Of a DNA stretch of 64,000 nt, positions 23,687 through 33,380 are shown piece by piece. The position numbers were made by a program, and so were the translations under genes. Below the pieces are notes generated by a model. The model saw only the letters and a list, made by a program, of their open reading frames with translations. It was not told the origin of the DNA and did not search any database. Each line of letters starts with the position of its first letter. The stretch's first letter is position 1. Source of the DNA: Alphaproteobacteria bacterium. Lineage in GTDB: Bacteria; Pseudomonadota; Alphaproteobacteria; UBA2966. The stretch is from NCBI GenBank assembly GCA_964291395.2, contig OZ219856.1, forward strand, positions 32,001 through 96,000, given 5' to 3'.

Positions 23687-25141
23687 TTACGCCGGCGCGA
23701 AAGTGAATGGCGTGGTGCGGCGCACGTTTTCGTCGATTTTCAGGCGGTAGTTGAGTGGTGGGTGCGCCCGCTGCCGACAGTCGAGGCGCTCGCAGACACG
23801 GCATGCCACGCCGATCGGGGTCGCCGCCCGTTCATTTCCGAGGTCGAGGCCGTCGGCGTAGACGAGCTGTCCGGCGTCTCGGATGTCGCACCCCAAGCCG
23901 ATGGCGTATTGCGGCGGCTGTTCCCATGTCCGGGATTCGATCGGGTCGACGGTTCGGGCAATCGTGAAGAACCGCGAGCCGTCGGGCATGGCGGCTACCT
24001 GGGTTCGAATCTGTCCCGGCATGCGAAAGGCGTCATGCACGATCCAGCGCGGACAGGTGCCGCCGAACCGGGCGAAGTGAAATCCGCCCCCGCTGAGGCG
24101 TTTGGAAACGTTGCCGGCGTTGTCGACCCGGATGAAGAAAAAGGGGACTCCCCGCGCACCGTGGCGGTCGAGGGTGGTCAAGCGGTGGCAGATCTGCTCG
24201 AAGCTGGCGCCGAAACGGCGTTGCAGGATCTCGATGTCGTAACGCAAGGTCTTGGCCGCGTCGAGGAACCGCCCATAGGGCATGATGACGCAGCCCGCGA
24301 GGTAGTTGGCGAGCGACAGGCGGCAGAGGCGCTCCGCCTCCGGACTTGAGAGCTCCGCCCGTTCCACGTGGCGGTCGAGCAGGTCGCGGCGCGTGTTGAG
24401 GGCGATCTGAACGGCGAGTTGGAAGCTTCGCGCCGCCGGCGAGAGCAATTCGGAGAGAAGCACGCGCCGGCGGTGGAGATCGTAGCGGCGCGTGGTTTCG
24501 GGCATCACGTCGACGGGGAGCACGCGCGCCTCGATGCCGTGAGCGTCACGCAGGTAATTGCCGAGACCGCGAAACACGTCCGTCGGATCCAGGTCGGCTT
24601 CGATCCACAGGTCTTCCGCGCTCGTTTCGATCTCGGGGAAGTGGTTCGACTCCGATTGCAGATGTTCGCGGACCTCCTCCACCGGAAATACCTGCCCGCC
24701 GATCCCATGCGGCGTGTCCCGGCTCGCCATCTGTTCGGCCAGGATCTGGGAATCTTCTCGCAGTTCCCGGTAGGACTTGTAGAGCGTAAGTACGGCCTCT
24801 GCCGCCGTCGGACCGGCTTCGGCGATGGCCCGGATGTCCGCATCCCGTGCCGGACGGTCTCCGAACAGCGGGTCGCCGAATACCTCCCGGAGTCCCGCGT
24901 AGAGCCGGGCATTGTCGTCTTCGGCGAATTCTTTGAGGTCGATGTCGAACGCTTGTCCGAGGCGAAACAGGAGTTGAACCGTCACCGGCCGCTGATTGTG
25001 TTCGATGAGGTTCAAGTAACTTGGCGAGATCTCGAGCTGTTCCGCCATCTCGCTCTGCTTGAGGGCGAGATCCTCGCGAAAGCGGCGGATTTTGTGTCCC
25101 AGCAGGACTTTTCGTTCCACGGACCGATCCGTCATCGACAT
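23687..25141 (-). CDS. Short-chain fatty acyl-CoA regulator (ScfR/RamB family, XRE-HTH)
   Basis: N-terminal HTH (ISPSYLNLIEHNQRP), FEQICHRLTTL, RVDNAGNVSKR, GGTCPRW, CRVCERLDCRQRAHPP; divergent from aceA. Confidence 0.92.
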   Translation of the reverse strand: MSMTDRSVERKVLLGHKIRRFREDLALKQSEMAEQLEISPSYLNLIEHNQRPVTVQLLFRLGQAFDIDLKEFAEDDNARLYAGLREVFGDPLFGDRPARDADIRAIAEAGPTAAEAVLTLYKSYRELREDSQILAEQMASRDTPHGIGGQVFPVEEVREHLQSESNHFPEIETSAEDLWIEADLDPTDVFRGLGNYLRDAHGIEARVLPVDVMPETTRRYDLHRRRVLLSELLSPAARSFQLAVQIALNTRRDLLDRHVERAELSSPEAERLCRLSLANYLAGCVIMPYGRFLDAAKTLRYDIEILQRRFGASFEQICHRLTTLDRHGARGVPFFFIRVDNAGNVSKRLSGGGFHFARFGGTCPRWIVHDAFRMPGQIRTQVAAMPDGSRFFTIARTVDPIESRTWEQPPQYAIGLGCDIRDAGQLVYADGLDLGNERAATPIGVACRVCERLDCRQRAHPPLNYRLKIDENVRRTTPFTFAPA

Positions 25142-25165
25142 CGTCCACAGTCTACAATTATTTTC

Positions 25166-25204
25166 TAACTTTACAAATTCACAAAATTAAAATTTGCAAA
25201 GTTA
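25166..25204. promoter_or_regulatory. Putative RamB/ScfR operator (inverted repeat)
   Basis: TAACTTTACAAATT-N11-AATTTGCAAAGTTA (13/14 inverted match) in the AT-rich regulator-aceA intergenic region; half-site matches the RamB motif AACTTTGCAAA. Confidence 0.7.
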
Positions 25205-25314
25205 TCTCGATTACCCTTTTACATTCAGAGAGGTATAGACCGTTCCGATTTTTGTCAATTAAGTTGCGTCGAACACGACGCATCACAGTTTGAGCTTGAA
25301 GTGGGGAGGGACCG

Positions 25315-26607
25315 ATGCAGCGGGAGATGGAGCAGCGAAACGGGGCGCCGTCCGGCCGCTTTGCCGGCATTCGTCGGGACTACACGGTGGCCGATGTCGA
25401 GCGGCTTTCCGGCAGCATTCGCATCGAGCACACCCTCGCCCGCCGGGGTGCGGAGCGGCTTTGGCAGTTGCTGCAGCATGAGGAGCCCGTGCGGTCTCTT
25501 GGCGCCGTCACCGGCAATCAGGCCATGCAGATGGTGCGGGCCGGTCTCAAGTCCATTTACCTGTCCGGCTGGCAGGTCGCCGCGGACAACAATAAAGCGG
25601 GCTCGATGTATCCCGATCAGAGCCTCTATCCGAGCGACAGCGGACCCGAACTCGTTCGGCGCATCAACAATACCCTGCGTCGGGCTGACCAGATCCAGAT
25701 GCTGGACGGCGAGGGCGGCATCGACTGGTTCGTCCCCATCGTCGCCGACGCCGAAGCGGGGTTCGGAGGCGTCCTGAATGCGTTCGAGGTCACCAAGGCC
25801 TATATCGAAGCCGGTGCCGCGGGTATCCACATCGAAGACCAGCTCGCTTCCGAGAAGAAGTGCGGGCATATGGGGGGTAAGGTCCTCATTCCCACCCAGC
25901 AACACATCCGCAACCTCCAGGCGGCCCGCCTCGCGGCCGATGTCATGGGGGTACCCACGATCATCCTCGCGCGGACCGATGCGGAAAGCGCCAAGCTGAT
26001 CACCAGCGATGTCGACGAGCGGGATCGCGAGTTCCTCACGGGTGAGCGCACGCCGGAAGGTTTCTACCGGCTCAGGGAAGGTACGAGCTTCGAGCGCTGT
26101 GTCGCCCGCGGTCTGGCGTATGCCGAGTACGCCGACCTCCTCTGGATGGAGACGTCGACGCCCGATCTGGAGCAGGCGCGGCGCTTCGCGGAGGCCATAC
26201 ACGCGGAATTCCCGGGCAAGATGCTCTCCTATAACTGTTCGCCCTCCTTCAACTGGTCGGCCCACCTCGACGTTCCCACCATGGAACGGTTCCACCGCGA
26301 GCTTGGTGCCATGGGCTACAAGTATCAGTTCGTGACCCTCGCCGGATTCCACGTCCTCAACTACGGCATGTTCGAGCTCGCCGGGGCTTACCGGGACCGC
26401 GGCATGGCCGGGTATGCGGAGCTTCAGGGTGCCGAGTTCGACGCCGAGGCCAAGGGATACACCGCGACGCGTCACCAGCACGAGGTGGGCACCGGGTACT
26501 TCGATGCCGTTGCCGAGGCCATCGGCGGCGGTCGGTCTTCGACCACGGCCCTTGCCGACTCGACGGAGGCCGCCCAATTCGAAACGCCGGCCATTGCGGC
26601 CGAATAG
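25315..26607 (+). CDS. aceA: Isocitrate lyase
   Basis: [55 protein letters not shown]. Confidence 0.97.
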   Translation: MQREMEQRNGAPSGRFAGIRRDYTVADVERLSGSIRIEHTLARRGAERLWQLLQHEEPVRSLGAVTGNQAMQMVRAGLKSIYLSGWQVAADNNKAGSMYPDQSLYPSDSGPELVRRINNTLRRADQIQMLDGEGGIDWFVPIVADAEAGFGGVLNAFEVTKAYIEAGAAGIHIEDQLASEKKCGHMGGKVLIPTQQHIRNLQAARLAADVMGVPTIILARTDAESAKLITSDVDERDREFLTGERTPEGFYRLREGTSFERCVARGLAYAEYADLLWMETSTPDLEQARRFAEAIHAEFPGKMLSYNCSPSFNWSAHLDVPTMERFHRELGAMGYKYQFVTLAGFHVLNYGMFELAGAYRDRGMAGYAELQGAEFDAEAKGYTATRHQHEVGTGYFDAVAEAIGGGRSSTTALADSTEAAQFETPAIAAE

Positions 26608-26635
26608 CGCACATCAATCGGCGGGGGATCCTGTG

Positions 26636-26839
26636 ATGGATACGAGATTCTGGGTCGTTGGCGGCGAGTACACGGATACGAGCTTCAACGAGCTCGTGAG
26701 CGGCAGCGAGCGTGTGATGGGTCCCTATTCGGATCGTGACGCGGCGTTGGTTGCGTGGCGCCGGGTCGCCGAGGAGACCCGCGGCGATTGCTACGCCCGC
26801 TTCACGGTCGCCGAGGAGCCCGCCCGCCGGAGCATCTGA
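26636..26839 (+). CDS. Small DUF4170-like protein
   Basis: MDTRFWVVGGEYTDTSF...GPY...A..AW pattern; 67 aa downstream of aceA with an SD. Confidence 0.7.
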   Translation: MDTRFWVVGGEYTDTSFNELVSGSERVMGPYSDRDAALVAWRRVAEETRGDCYARFTVAEEPARRSI

Positions 26840-27134
26840 TCGGCGTCCGTAGGCGCTTACCCGATTTCATGCGCCAGGCTGACGACCGCGGCGGGAAACG
26901 GCCCGTGGAGGCTGAAAGTGTCGTGACGACGCCGGGCGTGGAGCGAGTCCCATGCCTGCCGCGACCGGGTGAACGCGCTCGACGTCCTGCGCGGCGCCGA
27001 CGGTAAATCCGGCCTCTTGAATCCGTATTGGACGTATCGGTTTCGGAGAGCTAGGACTCCGCCGAGTTCTCGAGGCTGAGGCAGGTCGCCGAGCGGAACT
27101 TCGCGATCCCCTCGGCGCTTGTACGGGCGCGTTC

Positions 27135-28715
27135 ATGACGGAAGTCGAACCCAGGATATTCGAAAGTCTGCCCGCGCTGATCGAGTTGCGGGCGACGGCG
27201 ACGCCGAATCGCCCCTTCCTGACCGCCCCGGATGACGACGCCGAGTTGACCTACGCCGAATTGCGCGAAGCGACCCGCGCTGTCGCCCGGTGCCTGCGCG
27301 ACCAGTGGGGCGTGAAGCCCGGCGACAACGTCGGCCTCGTGATGGCGAACGGCCTCGACTTCGTCGTCGTCTATTTCGGAGTCATGTCGCTGGGCGCCGT
27401 CGCCTGCCCGATCAACACGGCGTTGCGGGAAAGCGAGGTCGACTTCATCCTCGCCAATGCGGCGGTCGAGGTCGTCTGCGCCGACTCGGACTTCGTTGAG
27501 CTGGTGCGGCGCGACGGATGCCCCGCCAAACGCGTTTGCGACGATCCGAAGTCCCTGTGGGGTTCACGTGAACCTGCCGGCCGGGGCGGCACGTCCCTGC
27601 CGCACGTGGACGCCGACTCCGTCGCTCAGATCGTCCATACCTCGGGTTCTACCGGCCGTCCCAAGGGGGTCATGCTGAGCCACCGGAACATCCTGGCGGA
27701 TTGCTATTACATCGTTGATTGGATGGGATTCGGCCCCGAGGATCGTTCCCTCTGTATCCTGCCGCTCTATCACACCAACGCCGAAATGCACTCCGTGATC
27801 GCGGCCCTCGTCGCGGGGGCCAGCGTCGTTGTGCCGCGGCGGTTCAGCGCGTCCGCGTTCTGGACCCTCGCTGCGGAGACCGGAGCGACCTACTGCAGCG
27901 CCGCGCCCACCGTGCTTTACATCCTGCTCGAGGCGCATCGGGCGTCGGGCGCGTCGGCGCCTCCGGCCCATGGCCTTCGATTGTTCATCTGCGGCTCCAG
28001 TTCGCTGCCGGTGCCGTTGCTGGAGGAGTTCGAGCGCGCGTTCGGCACCGTCATCATCGAGGGTTACGGCCTAACCGAGACGGTCTGCCGCGTCACGTTC
28101 AACCCCGTGCCGCCGCAAGGGGTGTTTCGGCCCGGCCGGGAAGAGGGTTATCGCCGCTTCGGCTCCGTCGGTCGGGCGATCGGCGACGCGCGTATTGCCG
28201 TCGCGGACGATGACGGCCGTCCCCTCGCGCCTGAAGCGCGGGGCGAGGTCATTCTTCGGGGCAGCGCCATCACGCGGGGGTACTTCAACGACCCGGAGGC
28301 AACGGAGGCCGCCTTCCGGGATGGTTGGTTCCTGACCGGCGACATCGGCTACTTGGACGCCGACGGCTACCTCTACATCGTCGACCGGAAGAAGGACCTG
28401 ATCATTCGCGGCGGCCAGAACGTCTATCCGCGAGAGGTCGACGAGGTTCTGCTGCAGCACCCCGAAATCCGGGAGGCGGCCGTCGTCGGCGTCGGCGATG
28501 CCAAGTACGGCGAAGAGGTCGGGGCGTTCGTGGTGCCGGTCGAAGGGGCCACGCCGGCCGTGGAGGAGATCATCGACTTCTGCCGCCGTCGCTTGGCGGC
28601 GTACAAGTGTCCGAAGACGGTCCGGTTCGTCGAAACGATGCCCAAGGGTCCCACGGGTAAGCTGCTCCGCCGCCGTCTGGTGGAGATGTACCGGACGCTG
28701 CCGCCGACGTCGTGA
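27135..28715 (+). CDS. Acyl-CoA synthetase (AMP-binding, long-chain fatty acid-CoA ligase-like)
   Basis: HTSGSTGRPKG, EGYGLTE, TGDIG, DRKKDLIIRGGQN, KGPTGKL. Confidence 0.93.
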   Translation: MTEVEPRIFESLPALIELRATATPNRPFLTAPDDDAELTYAELREATRAVARCLRDQWGVKPGDNVGLVMANGLDFVVVYFGVMSLGAVACPINTALRESEVDFILANAAVEVVCADSDFVELVRRDGCPAKRVCDDPKSLWGSREPAGRGGTSLPHVDADSVAQIVHTSGSTGRPKGVMLSHRNILADCYYIVDWMGFGPEDRSLCILPLYHTNAEMHSVIAALVAGASVVVPRRFSASAFWTLAAETGATYCSAAPTVLYILLEAHRASGASAPPAHGLRLFICGSSSLPVPLLEEFERAFGTVIIEGYGLTETVCRVTFNPVPPQGVFRPGREEGYRRFGSVGRAIGDARIAVADDDGRPLAPEARGEVILRGSAITRGYFNDPEATEAAFRDGWFLTGDIGYLDADGYLYIVDRKKDLIIRGGQNVYPREVDEVLLQHPEIREAAVVGVGDAKYGEEVGAFVVPVEGATPAVEEIIDFCRRRLAAYKCPKTVRFVETMPKGPTGKLLRRRLVEMYRTLPPTS

Positions 28716-28753
28716 GAGCGGCATCGGAATCCAATCGCGGGGGAACGGAAACC

Positions 28754-29740
28754 ATGATCACCAACATCGACCATCTCGGCCTGGCCATTCTTGACCGGCG
28801 GAAGGCCATCGACTTCTTCGAGAACGTTCTCGGCACGCCGGTCTACGGCATCGCTACGGATCCGACCAGCGGTCTGAAGAACGGTCTCATCCGTTTCGGG
28901 GAGGGGGATTTCGTCATTCAGCAGCCGCCGAGGCCTGGCGTCGATTCCGAGGCGGAGCCCGACTACGTCCCCCCGCGGGACCCGTCGCGACTGCGCCAGG
29001 TCGGGAAGGAAGGGAATCTGCACCTGGATACGGCCGTGTTCATCCGCTACCTGGAACGGTGGGGCGAGGGGGTCCATCACATCGGTGTGAAAGTGCCGGA
29101 TCTCAAGGCCGCTTGGCGCAGGTTGAAGGCTCAGGGCGTACCCCTGTTCGACGATCTGGCAGGCGGCGAGCGGCCCGGCATCCGAGGTAGCCAGCTCTTC
29201 TTCCCCGATCCCAAACATACCTTCGGCGTGCTCCTCCAGTTCACCGAGCGCAGCGAGTCCGACGGATTGGTCTGGAACGACGAGGAAGGCGGCTGGCTCG
29301 ATACGCTCGATGGCGGGGAGACGCCCGTGTCATCCTATTTCGATGGCATCGACCATGTGGGGATTCTTGTCGACGGCGTCGACGCGGCCACCGGCGTCTG
29401 CGAGAAGGTCATCGGAATGACCGTCCGGGAGCGCGGCGCGGAGAACGGATCGGGCCTGCCATGGTCGCGCGTCAAGATCGGCGACGCGGACCTCCAGTTC
29501 CGCGAAATCGTCCATGACTTCGGGGAAGGGCATCCGCTGACCCGATTCCGCCCCACCCGGGGCAAGGGCGTCCACGACGTCGTTCTGCGCTGCAAGGACC
29601 TCTGTGAAACGCGCGAGAGTCTGAAGGAGCGCGGTGCCGCCATCGTTGACAACGACGTCCGTCAAGATGACCGGGATCCCGCTTTCTTCCTCGACCCGGC
29701 CACGTCTCACGCGATCGTTTTCGGGTTCGTGGCGGCTTAG
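28754..29740 (+). CDS. Two-domain VOC/glyoxalase protein (methylmalonyl-CoA epimerase-like)
   Basis: IDHLGLA...GEGVHHIG...FFPDPKHTFGVLLQF, repeated as IDHVGI...GKGVHDV...FFLDP. Confidence 0.8.
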   Translation: MITNIDHLGLAILDRRKAIDFFENVLGTPVYGIATDPTSGLKNGLIRFGEGDFVIQQPPRPGVDSEAEPDYVPPRDPSRLRQVGKEGNLHLDTAVFIRYLERWGEGVHHIGVKVPDLKAAWRRLKAQGVPLFDDLAGGERPGIRGSQLFFPDPKHTFGVLLQFTERSESDGLVWNDEEGGWLDTLDGGETPVSSYFDGIDHVGILVDGVDAATGVCEKVIGMTVRERGAENGSGLPWSRVKIGDADLQFREIVHDFGEGHPLTRFRPTRGKGVHDVVLRCKDLCETRESLKERGAAIVDNDVRQDDRDPAFFLDPATSHAIVFGFVAA

Positions 29741-29755
29741 GAGAAGGCGCAGGAG

Positions 29756-30700
29756 CTACATCGGCCGCACGGAGGCCTTGATCTGTGTGCGGTGCATGAC
29801 GCGGCGCATGGCCGAGTTGAAGGGACCGCGCCGGTGCATGACGCAGCGGTTGTCCCACATCACGTAGTCGCCCACGCGCCACTCGTGGTACCAGGCGTAC
29901 CGCTCCTCGGCGACGAATTGCCAGAGTTCGTCGAGAAGCGTGTCCGACTGGGCGCGCGACATACCTAGGACGAACGTCGCGCGCTTGTCGCCGTTCCAAT
30001 GGCGTCCAAGATACAGGGCTCTTCGGCGGGTCTCCGGATGCGTGCGTACGAGAGGGTGCACGGGTCCGGGTGCCGACTCGATGTGTTCGTATGCCTCCGC
30101 ATCGAAGCCATGTCGAACCTCACCCTGCAGAGCGTGGGCGGGATCGTGTTTCAGCCGCAGCGAGGCGATGCGGTTCCTCAGTGCCGCGGGCAGCGAGTCG
30201 AGCACCTTGTACATGTTGATGAAACCGGTGCTGCCGCTTCCGTCTTCTGGCACTTCCAGGGCGTGGAGCGTGCTGGCCTTCGGAGGCACCTCGGTATACG
30301 ACATGTCGGTGTGCCACGGCAGTAGGCGGTCATCGAGAAACCCGATCGGCTGTCCGTCCTCCAGCACGTTCGAAACGACGAAGATTTCCGGATGGGTGTC
30401 GTGGTCCGCCGCACGCGGCATGGGCGGGCTGTGGTCGAGGTCGCCAAAGCCGCGGCTGAACCGAATCAGGTCCGCATCGCTCAGCCGTTGGTCCCGCACG
30501 AGGATGACACAGTGTTCGAGCCAGGCACGGTGCACCGCGGCACGGGCTGCCGGGGTGAGTTCATTCCTCAGGTCGAGGCCGCGAATTTCGGCGCCGATGG
30601 CGTCCGTAACCGGAACCACGTCGACTCCCGCGTTCCGGTATATCTCCGTCGCGGTCGTCGACAGGTCGGGTTGCAAGGTATCGAGTTCGGTATTACTCAT
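29756..30700 (-). CDS. TauD/TfdA-family Fe(II)/2-oxoglutarate dioxygenase
   Basis: IGAEIRGLDL, WHTDMSY, HPLVRTHPET, WDNRCVMHR, RVMHR. Confidence 0.92.
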   Translation of the reverse strand: MSNTELDTLQPDLSTTATEIYRNAGVDVVPVTDAIGAEIRGLDLRNELTPAARAAVHRAWLEHCVILVRDQRLSDADLIRFSRGFGDLDHSPPMPRAADHDTHPEIFVVSNVLEDGQPIGFLDDRLLPWHTDMSYTEVPPKASTLHALEVPEDGSGSTGFINMYKVLDSLPAALRNRIASLRLKHDPAHALQGEVRHGFDAEAYEHIESAPGPVHPLVRTHPETRRRALYLGRHWNGDKRATFVLGMSRAQSDTLLDELWQFVAEERYAWYHEWRVGDYVMWDNRCVMHRRGPFNSAMRRVMHRTQIKASVRPM

Positions 30701-30907
30701 GATCCGCCAAGGCTGGCCGGTGACGTGGGTCCGACCATACTCCCGGATTCCCGAGTGCCTCAAGCGATATCACGGGATGCCCGCCGTTTCCGCCTGGTCG
30801 CGGGTGGCCTCCGTGCTGTGGCCGCGGGCATATTCTGGAAGGGAAGGTTTTCGGCTGCGCCGGCGGCTGGTGAAGCTTCCTCGACCGACGACGACTGGGA
30901 ACGGGAC

Positions 30908-32362
30908 ATGAGCGACATCGCCTATCTTCCCGCGTTCGAACTCGCGCGCCGCGTGCGGGCCAGGGACGTGGGATGCCTCGAGCTCCTCGACCACTGCCTG
31001 GACAGGGTCGACCGCTACAACCCGGGCCTCAATGCCATCATCGAGCTCGATCCGGAGCGCGCCCGGGAACGTGCGCGCCGGGCCGACGAGGCGCTGGCGA
31101 GGGATGAGATCTGGGGACCGCTTCACGGCGTGCCCATGACGATCAAGGAAGCCTTCGGCGTCGCCGGCCTGCACATGACATGGGGCGATCCCAGCCTCGC
31201 GTCGCACGTCCCGGAGGAGAACGCCGTCGTGGTCGATCGTCTCCTCGACGCCGGCCTCATCCTGTTCGGCACGACCAACGTGCCGCTCTGGCTTATGGAT
31301 TGGCAGACTTTCAACGTCATGTACGGCACGACGAACAATCCCTGGGACCTCTCGCGCGCACCCGGAGGCTCGTCCGGCGGGTCGGCCGCCGCTCTCGCGG
31401 CAGGTCTCTCCGCCCTCGATGCAGGCAGCGACATCGGCTCCTCGATCCGCAATCCGGCGCACTATTGCGGCGTCTACGGACATAAGCCGACCTTCGGCAT
31501 CCTGCCCACCACCGGCCACGACTTTCCGGGCTATCCCAAGCCTCTCGACATCCTCGTGGTCGGGCCCATGGCGCGCAGTGCCGAGGATCTGGCGATCGCG
31601 CTCGACGTGATGGCCGGCGCCGACGGCCTCGATGCCAAGGCCTGGAAGCTCGAGCTGCCGGGGCCGCGCCACGCCAAATTGTCGGACTACCGCGTCGCCG
31701 TGCTGCTGGAGTCTCCGGTTTGCGCCGTCGACGGCGACGTCACCGACCGTATACAGGCGGTCGCCGATGCCTGTGCCAGGGCGGGCGCCCTGGTCTCCGA
31801 CTCGGCCCGTGCGGAGATCGACATGGCGGAGGCTCATGCCAACTACGTTCAACTCCTGAGGGGCGCCTCGGCGGGCATCCTGCCGCAATCCTTCATCGAC
31901 CACGCGGCGAAACGGGCCGTGGCCCTGTCGGCCGACGACGAGAGCTTCCGGGCCCGGGCGCTGCGTGCCGCGGTCCAGTCTCATCGGGACTGGTCCGTCG
32001 CCGATCAGCAGCGCACGCGGGACCGGGCCGCCTGGGAGGCCTTTTTTCGGGATTGGGACGTGCTGCTGTGCCCCGTGGCGGCGACCGCCGCCATGCCGCA
32101 TCAGCAGGACGTGGAACGGTTCTTCCGGACCGTCACGGTCAACGGCAGGCAGGAGAATTACAACGACCAGCTCTTCTGGGCGGGCATCAGCTGCAACGTC
32201 TACCTGCCGGGAACGTCGGCGCCGGCCGGCCTGACGCCGGACGGTCTCCCGGTCGGCGTGCAGATTGTCGGTCCCCATCTGGAGGACCACACGACGATCG
32301 AATTCGCACGCCTGCTTGCCGACGAGATCGGAGGCTTCGTGCCGCCGCCGGGATACGACTAG
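30908..32362 (+). CDS. Amidase (amidase-signature family)
   Basis: GPLHGVPMTIKE, GGSSGGSAAA, GSDIGSSIRNPA. Confidence 0.93.
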   Translation: MSDIAYLPAFELARRVRARDVGCLELLDHCLDRVDRYNPGLNAIIELDPERARERARRADEALARDEIWGPLHGVPMTIKEAFGVAGLHMTWGDPSLASHVPEENAVVVDRLLDAGLILFGTTNVPLWLMDWQTFNVMYGTTNNPWDLSRAPGGSSGGSAAALAAGLSALDAGSDIGSSIRNPAHYCGVYGHKPTFGILPTTGHDFPGYPKPLDILVVGPMARSAEDLAIALDVMAGADGLDAKAWKLELPGPRHAKLSDYRVAVLLESPVCAVDGDVTDRIQAVADACARAGALVSDSARAEIDMAEAHANYVQLLRGASAGILPQSFIDHAAKRAVALSADDESFRARALRAAVQSHRDWSVADQQRTRDRAAWEAFFRDWDVLLCPVAATAAMPHQQDVERFFRTVTVNGRQENYNDQLFWAGISCNVYLPGTSAPAGLTPDGLPVGVQIVGPHLEDHTTIEFARLLADEIGGFVPPPGYD

Positions 32363-32389
32363 GGAATCCGTCGCACGAGGAGAAATGGG

Positions 32390-33361
32390 ATGAGAGCTGC
32401 CTACTATCGCCGGAAGGGCGCGGCTGCCGACGTATTGGAAGTCGGCGAAGTGGACACGCCGACGCCGGCTCCCGGCGAGGTGCGGATCCGCGTCGCGGCG
32501 TCGGGCGTCAATCCGTCCGACGTGAAGAAGCGCCAGGGGATGGACTTGGAATTCCCCACCATCATTCCCCACAGCGACGGCGCCGGAGAGGTTGACGCGG
32601 TCGGCGACGGGGTACCCGAGTCCCGCATCGGAGAGCGGGTCTGGACGATCAACGGCCAGTGGCGCCGGCCGCAAGGTACGGCGGCCGAGTACATCGCGAT
32701 CGGATCGGATTATGCCGTTCCCCTGCCCGAAGGCACGGACGAGGCCGCCGGTGCCTGTCTCGGCATTCCCGTGCTCACGGCCTATCGGGCGCTGACTCTG
32801 GATGGCGATGTCTCGGGGCAGACGCTTCTCGTGCCGGGCGGCGCGGGTGCCGTGGAACACTACGTCGTACAGATCGCGAAGTTGCAGGGTGCGACCGTGA
32901 TCGCCACGGTGAGCTCGGCGGAGAAGGCGGCCCACGCCAGGGCCGGCGGGGCCGATCACACGATCGATTACAAGACCGAAAACGTGGGCGAACGGGTCCA
33001 GGAGATCACGGGAGGGCGTCGTGTCGATCGCATTGTCGAGGTCGATCTCGGCGGCAATGCGGGTCTGATCCCGGACGTCCTGCGGCCTGGGGGGACGGTC
33101 GTCGTCTACGGCTCGACGCCGCCGACCGCCCAGATCCCCGCCATGTGGTGCGTGCGCAACGACATCACCTTCCGTTTCTTCATCATGTATCAGTTGACGG
33201 ACGAGGTGCGCGCCGCCTGTGCGGCGGCGGTCAACGAGCTGTTGAAGGCCGGGTCGCTCCGGCACACGATCGCCGGGACGTATCCGCTGGCCGACATCGT
33301 CGAGGCGCACGAGGCCGTGGAAAGCGGTAAGGTGATGGGCAACGTCGTCGTCACCCTCTGA
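32390..33361 (+). CDS. NADPH:quinone reductase (MDR superfamily)
   Basis: SGVNPSD, PHSDGAG, GTAAEY, PGGAGAV, GNVVV. Confidence 0.9.
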   Translation: MRAAYYRRKGAAADVLEVGEVDTPTPAPGEVRIRVAASGVNPSDVKKRQGMDLEFPTIIPHSDGAGEVDAVGDGVPESRIGERVWTINGQWRRPQGTAAEYIAIGSDYAVPLPEGTDEAAGACLGIPVLTAYRALTLDGDVSGQTLLVPGGAGAVEHYVVQIAKLQGATVIATVSSAEKAAHARAGGADHTIDYKTENVGERVQEITGGRRVDRIVEVDLGGNAGLIPDVLRPGGTVVVYGSTPPTAQIPAMWCVRNDITFRFFIMYQLTDEVRAACAAAVNELLKAGSLRHTIAGTYPLADIVEAHEAVESGKVMGNVVVTL

Positions 33362-33380
33362 CCGGCGCCCCGGCCTCGAG

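Noticed and set aside
26840-27134. Possible riboswitch or ncRNA upstream of the acyl-CoA ligase
   Set aside because: No conserved motif that I could recognise; an Rfam/Infernal scan would be needed.
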